This document shows positions 58,770 through 64,000 of a DNA stretch of 64,000 nt, in pieces. The notes under the pieces are model-generated. The model saw only the letters and a program-made list of their open reading frames with translations. It searched no databases and was not told the DNA's origin. Numbering within the stretch: position 1 is the stretch's first letter; the number at the start of each line of letters is the position of its first letter. The position numbers and the translations under genes were made by a program. This DNA comes from the human T2T-CHM13v2.0 reference genome, Homo sapiens: assembly GCF_009914755.1 (NCBI RefSeq), contig NC_060929.1, one strand, 5' to 3'.

Positions 58770-60380
58770 AACACATGCACACACCCCATTAAGAAAGTTA
58801 AAAAGCCACCCAAAGAATGGGAGAAAATATTTGCAGATTATACATGTGGGACTTGTATCTAGAATATATACAGAACCCTTACAACTCAATAATAAAAATA
58901 CAAACAACTCAATTACAAAATTGACAAAAAAATCTGAATAGACATTTCTCCAAAGAAGCTATATAAATGGCCAGTAAGCACATGAAGAGATACTCAACAT
59001 CATTAGCCATCAGGGAAATGCAAATCAAAACCGTAGTGAGATACCACTTCACACCTACTAGGATAACTATACTCAAAAGATAGACATTAACAAGTATTGG
59101 CAAGATGTGGAGAAACTGGAACCCTCATACACTGCTGGTGGAATTGTAAAATAGTGTGGCCGCTTTGGAAAACAGTCTGGCCATTCATCAACTGATAGCC
59201 ATAGAGTTAACATATGACACAGAAATTCCACACTTAGGTATACGTCTGTGAAAGGAAAATAGATCTCAGAACTCCCAAAATCACTAAGCCAAAGGGAAGT
59301 CAAACTGGGAACTGTGTGAGGCAAACCTGCCTCCCATTTTATTCCTACGTAAGCTAGCTACAAAGATAAAAAAGCTACATACCTCCCTCACAATTTGCCC
59401 ACTAGGAAATTCCTTGTGGACAAAGGACAGACAGAATTCAGTCATTCTTTTGCTCATGTGAGACCAATGCATATCTGATTGCTTCTTCTGCCCTATTATT
59501 TCACTAAGCCAGACTAAGGAATAAGTGACTATTCCTCTACCCTCCTCTCACATGTAAATTGTGTATTCAGTAAAAGGCTAACCAGAGACAAAAAAATGCA
59601 ACAGTTTGTCTTGTATCTACCTATGATCTGGAAGCCCCCACCCCTGCTTCTAGTTGTCCCAGCTCTCCAGACTGAACCAATGTACATCTTACATATACTG
59701 ATTGATGTCTCATGTTTCCCTATAATGTATAAAACCAAGCTGTGCCCCGACCACCTTGGGCACAATGTTGTCAGGACCTTCTGAGGCTGTGTGACAGGCA
59801 TGTTCTTAACCTTGGCAAAATAAACTTCCTAAATGGATTCAGGTCTGTCTCAGATACTTTTGGGTTCACACATCCATGAGAAATGCAAACATATGTCCAT
59901 ACAAAACTTGTACATGGGTATTCATTCATAGAAGCATCAAATAGGCAAAAGGTAGCAACAACCCAAATGCCCATCAGCTGATGAATGGATAAATGAAATG
60001 TGGTAGATCCTAACGATGGAATATTATTCATCCATAGGAAGGATGTACTGATACGCATTAAAACATGGATATATCCTGAAAGCTAAGTGAAAGAAGCCAG
60101 TCACAAAAGGCCGCTGATTATATGATTTCATTTATATAAGATGTCCAGCATATATATAGACAGAACGTAGATCAGTGATTCCCCAGGGGTGAGGGAGGGG
60201 AATGGAGATTGACTGTTAATGGTTATGGGATCTATTTTGGGGATGATGAAAATGTTCTGGAATTGATTATGATGGTTGTACAACTCTGCAAAATACTAAA
60301 AACCAATGCATTTTTTACTTTAAATAGGTAAATTTTCTGGTGTGTGAGCTATATAGCTATAGCTCAATAAGGCTATTATA
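58770..60380 (+). mobile_element. L1MB-type 3' region interrupted by an LTR
   Basis: GAATGGGAGAAAATATTTGCA...TAGACATTTCTCCAAAGAAG... ORF2/3'UTR motifs. Confidence 0.85.
59247..59870 (+). mobile_element. MER4A-like ERV1 solo LTR
   Basis: TGTGAAAGGAAAATA...CAAAATCACTAAGC start, GGGTTCACA end; 4-bp TSD CGTC/CATC. Confidence 0.85.
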
Positions 60381-60384
60381 TACT

Positions 60385-60692
60385 TATTTTATTTTATTAT
60401 TATTTTTTAGAGACAGAGTCTCGCTTTGTCACCCAGCCTGGAGTGCAGTTGTGCAATCTTAGCTCACTGCAACCTCTGCCTCCTGGGTTCAAGTGATTCT
60501 TCTGCCTCAGCCTCCCAAGTAGCTGGGACTACAGGTGTGCGCCACCATGCCTGGCGAATTTTTGTATTTTTGTTAGAGACGGGGTTTCACCATGTTAGCC
60601 AAGTGAAACTTGAACTCCTGACCTCAGGTGATCTGCCTGCCTCAGCCTCCCAAAGTTCCGAGATTACAGGTGTGAGTCACCACATCTCGCCT
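60385..60692 (-). mobile_element. Alu (AluS)
   Basis: Antisense dimeric Alu. Confidence 0.93.
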
Positions 60693-61461
60693 ATATACAT
60701 ATTTAAAAAACACTGGCATGGTCTCTATGCTTATGGAAAACAGTCTTGTTGGAGAGATAATTTTAATCAAATAATTATACAAAATTATCTAACAATTACA
60801 AATTACGGTGAAGGAAAGAATCCCATATTATGAAAGAGACTAGCTGGAGGCTGATGGTGAGGGAGTGGTAGGTAAACATTCAAGTGCTCTTACAGAGATC
60901 CCCAAGTAACAGTGGCTTAAATAAGGTAAATGTTCCATTCTTGCTGATCTATCAGTGCAGGTGTAAGCAGTCTAGGGTGTATAAGGAAGCCTCACAATTT
61001 TGGGGCTCTTCTGGCATGCTGCTCTGCTGTTCCCTGGGGGGCTGCACTCATTTGCATGGTCCACAGTGGCTCTCTACCATGTCTACAGTCCAAGCCTGAG
61101 AAGAGGGAGGGAAACAGTAAAAAACTCTCCACTCCTGCTCATATCCAGCACTTTGTCACACCAGGTGAGGAAACAAAGTCAGATGTCCATGTGTTCAGAT
61201 ACCACTTAAGGGTTCTATTAGTATAGAAGGAGGAGAGAATATATATTGGGCAAACAATCAGCAATCTCTGCCATAGATGGCCTCTCTGAGGAAGTGACAT
61301 TGAAAGCAAGAACATCAGGATAAGTTGATGTTAAAGAGAGGAACGAGTTTTCCAGGCCAGAGGGATGGCATATGGAAGGGTCATGAGGCAGGAAAGGCCA
61401 GCTACCATGTTTAATGATGCTTAATGATGTGTGTGTCTACCATACACATCCCCTACAGATT

Positions 61462-61693
61462 AGTTTTTGTTTTGACAGGGTCTCTCTCTGTGGCCCAGAC
61501 TGGAGTGCAGTGGTGCAATCATAGCTCACTGCAACCTCCAATTCCCAGGCTCAAGCGATCCTCCCACCACAGGCCATCATGCATGGCTCATTTTTTATTT
61601 TTAGTAGAGACAAATTCTCCATGTTGCCCAGGCTAGTCCTGAACTCCTGGGCTCAAGAGATCCACCCACATCAGCCTTCCAGACTGCTGGCCT
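61462..61693 (-). mobile_element. AluJ with internal deletion
   Basis: GACAGGGTCTC...GGCTCAAGCGATCCTCCCACC, shortened middle. Confidence 0.85.
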
Positions 61694-61849
61694 GGTCTCC
61701 TCCAGATGTTTATAACTCATGAGTGCCAGGACTAGACCTGGTACTAGGAAGCAGCTGCATTGGATTTACCAGGCTTTTCACTCTTGTATTTTACAGGGCT
61801 GGGACAGGCCTGGACTGCAAGGAGGGGTCTTTGCACCATCTCTGAAAAG

Positions 61850-61948
61850 CCGATGTGTATCCTCAGCTTTGAGAACTGAATTCCATGGGTTGTGTCAGTG
61901 TCAGACCTGTGAAATTCAGTTCTTCAGCTGGGATATCTCTGTCATCGT
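61850..61948 (+). ncRNA. MIR146A: pre-miR-146a; 5p UGAGAACUGAAUUCCAUGGGUU at 61870-61891, 3p at 61906-61927
   Basis: Exact mature miR-146a-5p sequence with complementary 3p arm; apical UGUG (61891-61894) and downstream CNNC (CATC 61943-61946). Confidence 0.99.
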
Positions 61949-63904
61949 GGGCTTGAGGACCTGGAGAGAGTAGATCCTGAAGAACTTTTTCAGTCTGCTG
62001 AAGAGCTTGGAAGACTGGAGACAGAAGGCAGAGTCTCAGGCTCTGAAGGTATAAGGAGTGTGAGTTCCTGTGAGAAACACTCATTTGATTGTGAAAAGAC
62101 TTGAATTCTATGCTAAGCAGGGTTCCAAGTAGCTAAATGAATGATCTCAGCAAGTCTCTCTTGCTGCTGCTGCTACTCGTTTACATTTATTGATTACTTA
62201 CGATGATTCAGGTACTGTTGTAAGTGCTTTACATGCTGTTATACGAGACTCTTGGGAGAAATCACTTTAATGAAGCTTGAGACACATGGCATTGCCATGC
62301 AATGATTTTTCCCCCCTCTTCACGGGATCAGAGGGAACTAATAGAATGTGACAATGATTCTTTAGCAGGGACTGCTGAGGCTTCTGGTTCCTTTTTAAGA
62401 TCTGCAGTGAAAGAAGATGAGAAACATGGATATGCCCTTCTTTTGGTCCCCCTCTTCCTTTATTTGATCTCTACTTCCTTCTATAAATATATTAGGGCTA
62501 CATTGTCCCTTTGTATTTCAAACAAGGCAAAAAGAGGTTGTAATTACACTTTACTGCAATCCTCAGTTTCTCCAGGGAACAGGAATGCAAAGGCTTTGAA
62601 GGCCTCTCTATTTGCTGACATGGTCAGCTGGGTGCCATGGGCCAAGTCCTTCTGTTGCCCTCCTCTGTCACCAAGTAAGCTAGGTCCTTTCTGAGGCTCA
62701 GGTTTGCTGTGATGATGATCACTTTTAGGCAGAAGGTTAGAGGCCTCATGAGTGCTATATGGACTTTATTAGGCTTTAGATTTGATGGGGAATAAGGGAT
62801 GTGATTTGTCTTTTGGGAACTCATCTTTGATTCATCATTGTCTCTTGGTATCTTGGAATTTCCATGTCATTACAGTCTACAGAATGAAAGAGTAACCTGT
62901 CCCAGAGGAGAGGCAGGTGAAAGACTCCACAGCATGCTCATTCTCATTCTGTCTTCTCAGTGACACCGAGGTTTACTGAGTGCCCACTATGTGCCAAGCA
63001 CTGTGCTCAGGGCTTTCTTTGTATGCATGATCTCAGTGAATCTCACCAAGCCTCATCTGGAAAACGGGGACAAATTAACAACAGGATGGCAAACTGAAAA
63101 ACACGTAACCATGTTCTACAGATGGAAAGGGGTGCTTGGTTATTATGAAGGCCCCCTCGCAAGCGTGTGGGACATGGGTGTGTTCTCTGGGTTGTACTGA
63201 TCAGATCAAGGACCTCCCCCACCCTTCTCACACTCTGCCCACTTCCGCCCTTTGCTTATCAGACCCTTAGCCAGTGACTCATTCCAGAACCAGAACCTTG
63301 GTGAAATCTCAACCGACACCAGAGATCGGTGTCTTCAGTCCTAGACTGATGGAGAAAATCCAGAATATATACTAGAAGCTCCAAATGCTCTGGGTTTCAG
63401 CTCCTCTGTGCTGTGGACACTGACTTTGGCTCAGAACTCCGATTTAGTACAAAAGGCTCATTTTTATTTCAGGGGCACTCTTCCTAAAGCAAACCTAATA
63501 AATGAAATATGGAATTCACAGATACACACACACATTAAAAAATTAACCTAGTGTATCTGTGAGGAGTAGGCAGAAATTCACTGTATAAAAGAATGCTTCA
63601 TTTCATAGAGAATTTGTGTTAAGATTCCATTAGATAGTACATTTCTCAAAGATTTTTGAGGTTGTATTTGCTTTACCAAAACTTGGTTTATGTAAGTGGA
63701 AAAAGCATGTTGCAAAATAACTTGGTGTCTATGATTCAGTTTATGTAAAATAATAAATGTATGTAGGAATACGTGTGTTGAAAGATGTACATCAATTTGC
63801 TAACAATGGTTATCTCTGACGTGGTGGGATTTGAGATGTGTTTTTCTTTTTGGTTGTATTTTTCTCTATTGTTTGACTTAACACAGAACATGTTTGGTTA
63901 CAAC

Positions 63905-63910
63905 AATAAA
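63905..63910 (+). terminator. MIR3142HG: Poly(A) signal of MIR3142HG
   Basis: AATAAA after a U/GU-rich region with TGTA elements. Confidence 0.7.
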
Positions 63911-64000
63911 GTTATTGAAGACAATATAACACCCAATTGTGATGAGTCCAGACAGTACTCATGCTGTGCATTTATTAGACAGTATGCCATAGAGGTGGGT

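Larger units (their letters stand above)
61797..63924 (+). ncRNA. MIR3142HG: MIR3142HG terminal exon 2 (contains pre-miR-146a); 3' end approximate
   Basis: Acceptor CTCTTGTATTTTACAG ending 61796; AATAAA at 63905-63910. Confidence 0.8.

Overview
This is human (or near-identical great-ape) genomic DNA from the 5q33.3 PTTG1-MIR146A locus, + strand. It contains the last three coding exons and poly(A) signal of PTTG1 (securin, 755-~5257), then ~39 kb of repeat-rich intergenic DNA with two co-oriented CTCF motifs and the probable rs2431697 enhancer. The NF-kB/octamer promoter of the miR-146a host gene MIR3142HG lies at ~44.2-44.75 kb, followed by exon 1 (to 44933), a 16.9-kb intron containing MIR3142, and exon 2 (61797-~63924) containing the miR-146a hairpin with the G allele at the rs2910164 position. 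Nearly all ORFs in the supplied track are Alu/L1/LTR-derived or chance ORFs. This is a well-studied locus and I see no new multi-gene system. The most unusual things visible are: (i) MIR3142 is a 42-bp minisatellite of overlapping perfect palindromes that appears to have grown inside a MIR SINE; (ii) two candidate micropeptide ORFs in the pri-miR-146a exons; (iii) two 5'-inverted (twin-primed) L1 insertions. Repeat subfamily names and SNP identities are from memory of consensus and flanking sequences, and repeat boundaries are approximate.
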